Assembly (NCBI GenBank): GCA_951406725.2
Contig: OX597823.1
Coordinates: 50,592,001-50,656,000, forward strand
Length of the DNA stretch: 64,000 bases
From: Octopus vulgaris
Taxonomy: Eukaryota
Direction: 5' to 3'
Position numbers and translations under genes: made by a program. Positions 31,218 through 43,860 of the stretch are shown in pieces. The stretch's first letter is position 1. Each line of letters begins with the position of its first letter. Below the pieces are notes generated by a model. That model saw only the letters and a program-made list of their open reading frames with translations, was not told where the DNA came from and made no database searches.

Positions 31218-31737
31218 TGCCCACGAGGCGTCGTTCTGCTTCGCCGAATCTTCTCGGCAATCTTCCGGTTACGCTTTCCTTCCACTTTCAGTGAAAGAAT
31301 CTTCTCTTGTTTAATTTCGGGAAACTTTGTAGCTTTAGGCTAATTGGAAATGTAATCTGGATTACGGAGAATACGATTGAGTCGAATATCTTCCGAAACA
31401 ATCTGGAAAGAAATGAACATGTTTTACTGGCTTTATAGATTTGAAGTGTTGATATGCTAGGAAAAATTGGAAAATCAGGTGCTGCAATGTAGTAATAAAG
31501 GTACAAGGTTTACAGCTCAAAGGTTTCATGAAATACCCATTTACAATATATTGTGGCCCTTAGTCCACTTAAAAACGTGCTAAATTTCTAAATAACTTAA
31601 AAAACATGTGGTTTTTATAGTTTGAATAGTAGTTTGTATATACATTGATGCCTCGACTTACGAGTTTAATTCATTCCGTGGCCACTATATATATATACAT
31701 ATATACATACATGCATACATATATATACATGCATACA

Positions 31738-31773
<36 letters not shown>

Positions 31774-31879
31774 TATACATGTATACATATATATACATAT
31801 ACACATATATATATATACATATATACATACATATAATTATACATATATATATATGTTTCTTCGCATGTGTGCATGTGTG

Positions 31880-33030
31880 CGTCTGTATGTGTGTGTATGT
31901 GTATGTTTATGTATTTTTTAGTGTTGGTGGGGATGTTATGTGTGTGTGTGTTTGTGTGTTTTTTGTGTTGGTGGGGATGTTATGTGCGAGTATGTGAGTG
32001 TGTGTGTTTTGTGTCTGTCTGAGTATGTTTGTGTTTTAAATGTCCTTGTGTGTGTGTGTGAGAGAGCAACCGTATGTGTGTGTGAGGGTGCATATGTATG
32101 TATGTGGGTATGTGTGGATGTGTATGTGTAAATGTGTTGTATTTATCAGGGGTTCTGTGTGTCCATGTGTGTTGGGTTTATCTGGGTGGTGTGTATGTGT
32201 GTGTATATGCATTTTGTGTGTGTTAGTATTGAGTATGCGTTTGTGGGTGTGTATATATGTGGGAATGGTTTATGTAGTTCTGTAGTTTCCGGGTGTGTGT
32301 GTTGCATTTGTGAGTGATTTGTTTTGTTTGTATTGTTAGTGCAGTGTGTGTGTATACGTGTAGGTGTGTTTGTGTGGGTGTGTCTATGTGTCTTGTATTT
32401 GTCGGGGAGGTGTGTGTCAGTGTGTGTGTGTATGTATGTGTGTGAAAGTTTGTTGTGGTTGTTGTGATTGTAATGTGAGTGTGTGTGTGTTTTTTCTTTT
32501 GAATGTGTGTGTGTGTGTGATTTTATTACTGAGGCACGGGCGTATTGTGTGTGTGTGTACAGGTGTGCATAAATGCGTGTGTGTTTGTGTGAGTTGTGTT
32601 GTAGTTGTAGTTGCGTGTTTGTTTGTGTATCTGTGTATGTGTGGGTGTGATTGTAATTTCGGGGTGGTGTGTGTAGGTGTGTGCATGTCCGTGTTCACAC
32701 GTGTATATATGTGTGAAAGGGTTGGTTATGGTTGCTAAAATCATATTGCAAGTGTATATATTTATGTGTTTTTTTTCTGGGGATGTGTGTGGGTTTGTGC
32801 TCTAGTGTGAGGATATTGTGTTTGTGCATGTGTATTTGCGTCGGAGGTTGGCATTGTTTTTGTGTGTGTGTGATTTTGTATATCTCTATGTGTTTCTGTG
32901 TGTGTTTGTTTTGGATGTGCACCTGGAGGGTATGTCAGAGTATGTTGAGTTGTGGTCTGTATTTTTGAATAAGACTATTTTTCCTATTTATTTGTGTTTG
33001 GTCAGTGGTGTTGTCCGGTTATTGGTATAG
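31880..33030. repeat. ~1.1-kb degenerate TG-rich low-complexity tract downstream of the Penelope-like ORF
   Basis: Strong T/G strand bias without perfect periodicity. Confidence 0.85.
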
Positions 33031-33038
33031 TGGGAAAG

Positions 33039-34345
33039 CTAAGAATTTGGGGGATTTATTGTGTGCACTAAGAATTTGGGGGATTTATTGTGTGCACTAA
33101 GTGGTATCATTCTTGTGGTGGAATCCCTCAGTTGTTGGCGGTGAACTGTCATCTTTTCTCTGAGGGTAAGGCTCGCTTGCCCTATGTAGTCTTTGTGGCA
33201 CCCTTCACACCTTATGATATAGAGTAAATTCTTTGAGGCGCAGGTGAAATTATTTTTTATGACAAAAATGTGTCCCGACTGGAATTTGTACACTGATCCT
33301 TCAATGAGGTTGATGCAAGTCCTGCAGTTGGAACGACCACATTTTTTGACGGTGGACGGTGGGTTTGTGTTGGGTAATTTTATATTGGTGAGTAGGTTTT
33401 TTAGGGATTTGGGTTGTCTTTTGCTTTTTATTATTTTATGGGTTGCGGGTAATTTTTTTAGACGTGGGTCTTGATTCAGCTGTGGAATGTTGTTGTATAT
33501 AACAGTGTAAGCTTCTACATTTCTTCGATCGTGTGTTGCGAGATAGGGGAGGCTATTTACTGTACAGTGGGTGTGTTTTGGTTTTCGTAAGTCTTGGGTC
33601 GTAATTGATTTGGCCTGTTCTATTCCATTGTCAACTAGTGATGCTGAGTAATGTCTTTCGAGAAGAATTGCCTTTAGTTCTCTTTATTTCGTGTTCTATA
33701 AATTGAGACAGTTGTGCAGATTCTTCTCGCTAGGTTGAAGGGGATATTTGTCTTTGTGTGCTTTGGGTGATTGGAGGTGAACAGAAGGTATTGTTTGGAA
33801 TCAGTGGGTTTGCAGTGGATGTCAATTTCAATGTTGGCGCCTCTTTTAATAACCAGAATGTCAAGAAAAGGAAGTTGGTCTTGACTATATTCCATTGTAA
33901 ATTGGATGTGGTTGTTGACACTGTTGATAAGGTTTTTGAAGTCAATAAGTTGGTCGAGTGAGTGGGACCATAGGATGAGGCAATCATCTAAGTAGCGTTT
34001 CCAATTCTCCAACAGGTATTTGTGGAAAGACAGGCCGTACTTATATTTGGAATTTTCATAAATATGTGATTCCATGGCAGTTCCTGATACCTGTCTACAG
34101 GTGTTATTATAAAAATTCATAAAGTTGTTTTGAAGAATAAATTTTAGGCCCTCGATGATAAATTCTCTTTTTATTCTTTCCGGGACCTCATTGGGATATT
34201 TATCTTGCTAGAATTTAATGACTTCCAGTCCATATTCATGTGGGATTGTAGTGTAAAAGTTTATTACATCAAAGTAGACGATTAAAATGTCTTTATCGGT
34301 ATGTTTGGGGAGATGGTTTAATAGGTCCAGGTCATCTCTTACATA
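33039..34345 (-). mobile_element. Penelope-like element (RT + GIY-YIG), degraded
   Basis: FDVINFYTTIPHEYG, QVSGTAM, WKRYLDD, LPFLDILV, KPTDSKQYLLFTSNHPKHTK, CGRSNCRTC, LLYIIRCEGCHKDYIGQ. Confidence 0.93.
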
Positions 34346-34640
34346 CTTCTAAATATACTTCTATATTTCTAAATTCTATCAATATAATCGCATTCTAATC
34401 TGCCAAAAAACTTATCACTACAATTTCATTAAAAACGTGTATTTTTCACAAATTTGCCATTACTTGCCACCAAGTCTCTTATGTACACTCATCTTTTATC
34501 TGTTATATTAACTTTCTCTCTGTATTTGGTTTTTACTCTCTCACACACAATCAGCTACATGACTTAAAGTATGACTAGAGAAATCAGTCAACTAACTAGC
34601 AAGCTAACATTTGTATTGGCTAATATTATATAGATGTAGA

Positions 34641-34895
34641 GGCGCGAGGCTTAGTGGGTAGGGTGTCAGCATCATGATCGTAAGATTGTGGTTTCGATTC
34701 CTGGACCGGGCGACGCGTTATGTTCTTGAGCAAAACACTTCATTTCACGTTGCTCCAGTCCGCTCAGTTGGCAAAATGAGTTATGCTGCGAGGGACTGGC
34801 GTCCCGTCCAGCTGGGGAAGACATACGCCATAGAAACCGGGAAACCGGGCCCATTAGCCTGGCTAGGCTTTAAAAGGGCGCATTTATCTATTTGT
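34641..34895 (+). mobile_element. tRNA-derived SINE family C with 15-bp TSD
   Basis: A-box GGCTTAGTGGGTAG, B-box GTTTCGATTCC, TTCTTGAGCAAAACACTT; TSD TAATATTATATAGAT at 34621 and 34896. Confidence 0.85.
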
Positions 34896-35513
34896 TAATA
34901 TTATATAGATACATATATGATGATTACCTCATCTTATCAGATTATAGCCGTCTCATATTCACTTGATCCTCTGATTAACTTTCATCCTTGCATGTGCGTT
35001 TATATGTCTTTTCCCGCCATACATCCATTGTCATAAGACTATCTAAAGTAAATATATATTTCAACGGATCAAGAAATGGGATGGAAGTGTCTCATCTGTA
35101 CATCACTGAATTTAAATGAGGAAAGCTTGTAAAACACTTTTGCCACTCACTCGATCACCGTAGTAGGTTCCAGCGACAAACATAACAAGACGACTAGTAC
35201 TATTTTGACTGCAAGTTAGAATATCTTTCTTCGAGAAGAGCTGCCTTCCCCACGGATTTGTTGGAAATAACTGGAGCCTCTTCCTCTGGGAAATCTATTT
35301 AAGCCATTGATGGGACTCTGAGAGATACTGCCTACCTGGGACAGAAGAGATCTTACAGAAATGGTAACTAAAGGGGTTATTTCACGCTCCCCACAGCTCC
35401 AGGACCTTTAAACTGGAGCCTCGTAACAAGATGCAGTTTCATATCATACTTAGGACATACACACATACATGCATACATGCATACATATATACATACGTAC
35501 ATACATATACGTA

Positions 35514-36235
35514 AGCACAACAGACCTGATATAAGGATTTGGGATAGAGAAGAGAAACTGTGCATAGTTGTAGAAATTAGCTATCCAGCAGATATTAACA
35601 TAAAGCTGAAGATCAATGAAAAAGGGATTACCTATGCTGAACTATTGAGAAATCTGCAGTTACTCTATCTAGATTACAAGTTCAGGTTTATACCTGTAAT
35701 TATTGGGGCCCTTGGGATATGTAACACACTGCCTAAATACCAATATTGAGAAATCAGGCTTCTCAAAACCAGAAAGGCGAAAGCTAATTCGAAGACTACA
35801 AATCCAATCCATCACTGGAACTGTAAAGATCTGTAAAACTTTCCTGAAGTTTATCACTTAAATATATATGAACATGTCTAGATATGCAACTATATGCATG
35901 AGAATACTTACATAAAACATACAAGTTTGCACATACATACATACATACATACATACATACATACATACATACATACATACATACATACATACATACATAC
36001 AAAAGTATATATGAACATGTCTAGACATGCAACTATATGCTTGAGAATACACGCATAAAACAAAACATACAAACACTGCATGCGCACATGCATGCATACA
36101 TACATACATACATACATACATACATAGAAAAATGCCCTATTGATGTTGTTGAAATTCCAATGAAGGAGCCTTGAATCTAGGTTGGAAACCGGCTCTGTCT
36201 TTATTGGCATGTAATCTTGAAATAAAACTGAAAAC
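35514..36235 (+). mobile_element. RLE (R4-like) LINE 3' fragment, same family as 16020, embedded in (CATA)n
   Basis: KHNRPDIRIWDREEKLCIVVEISYPADINIKLKINEK..FIPVIIGALG; duplicated 3' UTR segment. Confidence 0.87.
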
Positions 36236-36677
36236 ATACATACATGCATACATACATACATATATACATACATACATACATACATACATACATACATACA
36301 TGCATACATACGTACGTACATGCATATGTTTATGTTAACATATGTGTTTATGTTAACCGAGTGCCTCTTTACCTCCCCTGTCATCTGCTGGTCAAGTTTA
36401 TCCTTCTTAAACTGTAGGTATTTCTTTCTCTTTCTCTCTGTGTGTGCATGCGTGTAAGCGCATATCATGTATCTGACGTCTGTCTATGTAACTTTACCAT
36501 TCCCTTTCCGCTTCTTGACAATTTCGAAGTTCCTCTGTCGACTTTAACATATTACCTTAACTCTATACGAATCTGCATTTTAATCTCGCTCTCCTTCTCT
36601 ATACGATTCAAAGCGTGTGTAGAGAAATCAACCAACAAACCAACATTTATATTTACTGTTATGTGCATACATTCACA

Positions 36678-36775
<98 letters not shown>

Positions 36776-36863
36776 CATGTCTATGTGTTTGTCTAACTGT
36801 CCTGTCTGCCTATCTATTTATCTATCTGTCTATCTGCCTGACCCTGTGTGAGTGTGTGTGTGT

Positions 36864-36930
<67 letters not shown>

Positions 36931-38996
36931 CATTACGATAAGTTGGTATCAAATGGTGAAAACCTGCTTTCTTTTCTTTTGCAAAGTAGTCAATATGATG
37001 AGCGTACAAAGGAATGGTACTTCGTGTTGGCGCAACTTTTGAATATATATTTATTTTAATATCTAGTTTTCTAGATTTGTTATTTCCCCGATATATTTTA
37101 ATGTATAAATGTACATTCACAGATAGTTATAAACTTATAAACATACAAAGAAAAACGGATTCATACATGCACATGCACACGCACACACACGAACGTTGAG
37201 AGTAAGTGAAGAGAGATAGAGTTGAATGCGTGTACGGGTATGTTCCTTTTAAAAATAAATTGGAGTTCGAAACCTTTATCTTCTTATTAGTTATGATAGA
37301 CTGCCTAGGAAGACAGAAAATGCGCATCTAATTTCTATAGAAGCACATTTAAAAATTCTTTGGGCTTGTGAAACAACATTTACTTATTCGCTGCTCCCGC
37401 TGCTTAAAGCATATTTTGTATTGAATCTTTTCAAATAGAAAGAGAGAGAGAGGAGGAGGAGAAGAGAATGGAGTGATAGAAATAGGTAGATAGATAGATG
37501 GATAGATAGATAGATAGATAGAGAGAGAGAGTGAGAGAGAGTGAGAGAGAAGGAAAGAGAGAGGGGGAGAAAGAGATTTTGGAAGTTGAGTGTTTTGGCA
37601 AAAGTTACAACGTGATACTAATGAAGGAATTCAAGCAATACATTCTGGTATTGAGACGGTTTGCTGTTCCTTTTTATACGCGTAATCAGCGAGACACCTT
37701 TACAAAGTAAAAATTGAGATGTTGCTGTCAAGGGATCAAATTGTGTGTGTAGCTTGTTATTTTGTCGTCACTCAAAAGAACTAAAGATAAACCCGAAAGC
37801 TGACTTTGAATTGCGAACAGAGAATTACGGTGCGTTGGCTGTCGCACAAAATCTCGTCTAACACACGACTGTGTCGGCCTTCTGTAACGCCTTCTTATCA
37901 AAAATATAATGACCCCCATAACATTAATCAATTAATCGATAAACATTGATGAATTAATATAGAGGAAGCTCGGAATGTGATCTCACTTCTAGGGATTGGA
38001 AACAGCTTGGTATTAGATTTGGAATTCTATAAAAGTCTATAAGAGAGTGTGTTAAGAAACAATGACTATGAAAAGACTTTCTTTTTCCTTCTTGGAATAT
38101 CAATAAGAGAAAATATTTCATAAAAGAATTGTTGGAAAGATTTCTCATTGATTTACGGTAAAAGAACCGAAAGGATGAACCTTTTATTCAAAAGAACCTA
38201 TTGCAAACGTTTAATGTTCTTTTGACGTTCTGGTCGTAACTACTGTAATTTAGCCTTCCAGCAAATGATATCTTATCTCGACTTTCACAGTGAACACTTA
38301 AAAAAATATCAAGAAAAGCAAAAGCAAAAAAGGAAAAAAAGAAAGCAAGAAAGAAAATAAAAGAATAAAAAAAAAGGGAGAAGAAAAAATAAGAGTGCAA
38401 TACGATAACTGCCTTCAACTAACAAGTTTCTTTGTATGACGCGCGACTACGTTGTAATATTCTCAGTTTTCACTTGATAAAAAGGAAATTAAAAAGACAA
38501 GCTCTGGCATAAAGAAAACAATTGGAACCAAGTTTAGCTTTGATGTAAAAATCCAGCTTTTTGTGTTGGTAGCGAAGTTGTAAATGCCTTCTGTATGTTG
38601 GTGTTATCAATGCTAAAAGTGTGTAACCTCAGGCATGTTGGAGGTTGCCAGTGCTTGTAGTTGTTCTCACCAGCAGTCATATCTCAATTGATGTAAAAAC
38701 ATCAGTCATTGAAAAAAGCCACTTTAAAAGTAAGGAAAAGAACACAAAAAGAAGAACAAAAAAAATCAAGAAAAACACAACAGAAACAGAAACGAAAAAG
38801 AAAAAGAAAAGAAAAGAAAAAGAAAAAGAAAAGAGAAGAAAAGCGAAGAACAGAGAAGAAATAGTTGCAAACAACTGGGAAACTCTGGTATCTTCATTGC
38901 GGTATAATACTATTAAAGAGAGCAAACGGAAGGAAGGAGAGAAAGGAATCAGTTTTAAGAAATAATCCAACAAATCCTGTTTTTCTGTTACTTTCA

Positions 38997-39045
<49 letters not shown>

Positions 39046-39182
39046 TTGACTATTATTATTATTATTATTATTTGGTGGTAGGAGAAAGGGATATTTTATA
39101 TTTGAAGAACATACCGTTGAATTGTTATTCTGCAATGTGTATGTGTGTTACGAATACGAAGTGTTTCTCAACGTTCAATACA

Positions 39183-39234
<52 letters not shown>

Positions 39235-39451
39235 GTGTATGTGTGTCTGTGCGTGTGTTCGTGTGTGTGTGAGTGTATATGCATCAATGGTGGTTATGCT
39301 TATGCTCTCTCTATATATATATGCGAGAGAGTATGAATCTATATCAGGATTTCTTACTCAACGACGCTTGTGTATGAACGTATGCCATGTGTCTGTTTAT
39401 GTGAGTGTGCATGCAGGTGTCTGTTGTTATACATATATGTTTCTCGGTATG

Positions 39452-39486
<35 letters not shown>

Positions 39487-39663
39487 GTATTCTGAGTTTT
39501 AGGTGTTCTCTTTTGTACGTGTGTGTTTATATATATACACCTCTATAATATAAGAAATCGTCGCACACAATTATGTTAGAAATCTTCTTGCTAAAATAAA
39601 GTATAAGTAGATATAACGAAATATATGTCTTCATCTCTCTCTCTCTTTTTTTCTCTTTCTCTC

Positions 39664-39694
<31 letters not shown>

Positions 39695-39710
39695 CTATGT
39701 ATATATCAGA

Positions 39711-40553
39711 GAGCAAATATCAGAATTGAACAGCCGAAATTTGCTATGATGATTCGGTGTCTGACGGAAGATTGAAGGCTTCGAATGATTTGTCTGTGTT
39801 CCGTGTTCGTCCCTTCCTGTATTTCTCGTTCATTATATATAAAAACATTCATTCTTATATTATTGCGGCGTTACGTGCACCCCCCCGTTTGTTTGTCCAA
39901 TTTTAAACCCTGCACGACTTCTATACACACTGTCTTTCACTACCCGCCATTGCTTCTTCACCCAACTTTTTGGCGCCCTCCGATTCTTCCCCTCTCTTCC
40001 TCCCATCCTCCTTAATCCCTTCTTTCTCCTCTCTTGGTCACTGATTCTGTCCCCTGCCTTCCACCCTCTTTGATTCCCTCTCTCTCTGTCTCTCTTTCTC
40101 TCTCTCCTGCGACCTGCTGCTTCTTCAACCATTCTGTTGGCCTTCGTATCTCGACCAACATGTGTCCCCGCTACCGAAACGGTAATTATTTCTACGCCAG
40201 CTGCTATGTTGTTGTTGTTTTGTCTCATTTGGTCTAAAGTCGTATGACAACCACCGTTATATATGTTTTGTTTTTTCATTACTGTTTTCAATTTCGTTTT
40301 CGTCTCTTGTATTCACATCCGTCTTGTGCGTTCACATTCCTGTCTTCTACCAAGAAATCTAATGCTTACAGCTTAGTTTTTTTTCTTGGGGCTGGCCGAG
40401 TTGGAGCAAATATCAGAATTGAACAGCCGAAATTTGCTATGATGATTCGGTGTCTGACTGAAGATTGAAGGCTTCGAATGATTTGTCTGTGTTCCGTGTT
40501 CGTCCCTTCCTGTATTTCTCGTTCATTATATATAAAAACATTCATTCTTATAT
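39711..40553. mobile_element. Non-coding element with ~150-bp terminal direct repeats (39711-39860 and 40404-40553)
   Basis: Repeats differ at one position seen (CTGACGGAAG vs CTGACTGAAG); flanked by TA-rich tracts. Confidence 0.75.
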
Positions 40554-40597
40554 ATATATATACATACACACACACATATATATATATATACATATAC

Positions 40598-40646
<49 letters not shown>

Positions 40647-40767
40647 CATATATATATATATATGTATACATAGTCAGCGGTGGTGCCCCAGCATGGCCGC
40701 AGCCTTCGGGCTGAAACAGTTTTAAGGATTTTAAGGATTTATACATAAATACACACACATATGCATA

Positions 40768-40846
<79 letters not shown>

Positions 40847-40932
40847 CAGTGCATACATAATAACTACATACAAACATATGTATGTATGCATATATATATA
40901 TATATATATACACACACATATATATACCTAGC

Positions 40933-40996
<64 letters not shown>

Positions 40997-40997
40997 A

Positions 40998-41028
<31 letters not shown>

Positions 41029-41106
41029 TTGTTTGTCTGTCTATTTGTCTGTCTGCCTGTTTTTCTGTTTCTCTGTCCTTATGTATATATGTACGTATGT
41101 ATATAT

Positions 41107-41265
41107 GTGTGGCTGGGTAGTAAGAACCATGTTTCCAATCTACATAATATTCTAGGTTCAGTTTCACTGCGTGGCGACTTGAGCGAGTGTCTTCTAATAT
41201 AGTCTCGGCGCGAACAAAACCTTGTGAGTTAATTTGGTAGACGGACATTGAAAGAAACCCGTCAT
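41107..41265 (+). mobile_element. SINE family A 5' half, diverged
   Basis: Similar to 28294. Confidence 0.7.
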
Positions 41266-41349
41266 ATATATAAATGCTCGAAATACGAGAGTAGAAAAAC
41301 AGCCAACAACTGAAGAAGGGTCGTTCTTTTTTTTGTTTCTCTTGTTTTC

Positions 41350-43150
41350 TATTTGCTGTGAAGGCTGTGAACTAGAGGTAGGTTTGTCTGATAGACCTTC
41401 TTCACGTGCTTTCTCGGGTAATGGAAGGTGATCTTTCGTCATGGACATTTCTTTGTTCAAAGCTGCAGTTCTTCTGGTTTCCAGGCTCTCTGTTTTCAAC
41501 AGCTTCCCCTAACGTTGCAATGAAGTCAGCATCTGTGAAGATGAGTCGATTTTGGAGGCCAAGTCCCAGCTTTTTCAGAGTTGTTCACAGCTGCGCCCAT
41601 CCCTGAAGCTCGCTTGAGAGCCTCTGCAAGCAGTCCAGCAATGTTCCCTATCTGAATACTTGATCCAGAATAAGTTCTCATGAATCTATTTGCAGCTTGA
41701 TCGAAGTATGCATGCGATGACTGCAGTGCAGTGGAAGAGGGAATATCAGTACTCCATGTTGAGTGGAAATTTCAGTTGCTCGAAGATTCCTTGTGTGACT
41801 TACGTGCCCATCAAGGACAAGAAGGACAGACGCATCCTTTGAAGATTTAACGTATTTAATGAGGTGCTCAAGCCATAAGTGGGAAGTGTCCTTATCCATC
41901 CAAACTTTTTTCTGCACTGAAAATCCTGTTCCAGCGGGGGTAATAGTTTTGAGGTTTTCCTTCATGCGCTTTCGTTTGAAGATCAGAAACGGAGGGAGGG
42001 AGGTACCAGTTGCACTCATGCAATTAACACATGTGACACTAGTTCTTCTTGAGGCACTGTTGTGTGCCAATTTTTTGTCACAATTTTTCTGGGTTTCTGC
42101 AGTGCTGAGAGCTGTTTCATACATGTTATACAGAAAAGACAGATTCAATTTGTAATAGTCAAAAACTGTCTCTAGGATATCGATGTACCTGTCCACACTT
42201 TTTTATTTGCTAAGCCCTGTTGCTCTTGCTTTGCTGGTACCTTCAGGTTTTCGAAGACTGAGTTGAGGGTTTCTGGCAAGAAACTTTGAAAACCATTTCC
42301 GGCCTGCAAAATGATTTTCTCCATTGAACTTGTGCAAAAGTTCTGCGTTATTTTTCAAAGCAATTTGAAACATCAGTTTATGCATAGTAGTTTTGGATAT
42401 GCCAAATTGTATTTCTTCCAGTGAAAGAATGTAATGCACAAAATCCTCTTCAGGTCTGTTGGTGAAGCGAAATGTTTCTTTCCTCCGACAGCCTACTTGT
42501 TTGAGCTCTGAACGTGCCGTTGAAATGTTGCTTGTGGAACAGAAAATTGGTTAGCAGCATGTTTGAAAGACATGTGATCCTCTTTGACAACTTTCATTAC
42601 CCCTTGCAAGTCTTTTGTTGCCACTGGCCATATTTTTTACACTCCATTGTGAGCTGAAGCACAATACCAAATAACAAAGCGCACCTATGCCTGATTATCA
42701 ACTGCTCTTGTGAAAAAGTTTCAATGTTCTGACACACACCAAATAAAACTGTCTGAAAATGTTCCTATACTGAGACACATTGTACCTAACTTGGAGCCCC
42801 ATGTTCAATATAGATGCAGTCAAGTGCCTCAATATAGGCACAGTAGGGTACCTAAAGAAAAATAACACCACTAATGAATGGTTGAAAAACTCCCATGCAG
42901 AAAATTGTAAAAATATGTGAAATTGATCACAATAACCTCTGTATCAGTTTTTGTCTACGCATGATACTAAACTAAAAACTGCAAATGTATTTCTCCCACC
43001 GTTACAATAATTGATGCAGATGAATGACCTGCCGTTCTAGTGAACTCCTTCTCTAATCGTTGCTTTGCCCAAACTTTCCCCCTGTGAAAAAAGGCCTACA
43101 AGGAGCGTGTCTCAATATCGGCACTGGCCCAATATAGGTACCTAACGTCT
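41350..43150 (-). mobile_element. pogo/Fot1-type DDE transposon pseudogene (psq-HTH, CENP-B HTH, DDE_1)
   Basis: ATG at 42647 then HMSFKHAANQFSVPQATF; AGRKWFSKFLARNPQLSLRKPEGTSKARA; CMSATGTSLPPFLIFKRK; VLLVLDGHVSH; LPLHCSH; repeated CAATATAGG motifs near 42830 and 43130; ends approximate. Confidence 0.9.
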
Positions 43151-43583
43151 ATATAAGACATTTCATCGCAACTCTAGAATTACTAGCCATGAATTTGTTA
43201 TGGGATAAGCTCGTATTTATGGTGTTATTGAATAAGAATTCCTGAAGGTCAGTCACACGAGGTATTTGTAAAACATTGCTTTCTTTTGCCAAGTCTTCTA
43301 TCTTCGAAGAAGGAAAATACCTTACAAATTATACTGAGAATTAAAATGTGATTAGAATTTAACGGCGCAAGTGCTAGGAGATTTGGTTTCAGTGTTGACT
43401 TGCCAAAACGTTTTCTAACACGTGATTAATAAAATAATGGTTAAATCAGGAATTAGTTATGGGGAATCAATATTCAGTGAAGTTTTTTTCTACATTTTTG
43501 TAAGGAATATTCTCATGGTTATATAATCCAAACAATGTTTTGTAAGTTCTTTGTATATATAATACTATTATTTACCACGTGAA

Positions 43584-43860
43584 GGCGCATGGCTCAGTGG
43601 TTAGAGCGTCGAGCTTACGATCGTGAGGTTGTGAGCTCGAATCCCTAGCTGTGTTCATGAGCAAGACACTTTATTTCACGTTTCTCCAGGTGCCAAGCTG
43701 TATCGGCCGTTGCCTTTCCCTTGGATAACACTAGTGGCGTGGAGAAGGAAGGTCGGTATGCATGGGCGACTGATGGTCTGCTATAAAGGACTTGTGCCTG
43801 GGAAAGTAACTTTCTGGGTACAATCCCATGGTCTGTGTCGTGACCGAAGGGGGGTCTCAG
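43584..43860 (+). mobile_element. tRNA-derived SINE (family C-like) with 9-bp TSD
   Basis: GGCGCATGGCTCAGTGGTTAGAGCG..GAGCTCGAATCCC; TGAGCAAGACACTT; TSD ATTTACCAC at 43570 and 43862. Confidence 0.85.

Noticed and set aside
43584-43650. tRNA-like sequence (also at 34641 and 60690)
   Set aside because: No acceptor stem; continues into a SINE body, with TSDs at two copies, so these are SINE heads rather than tRNA genes
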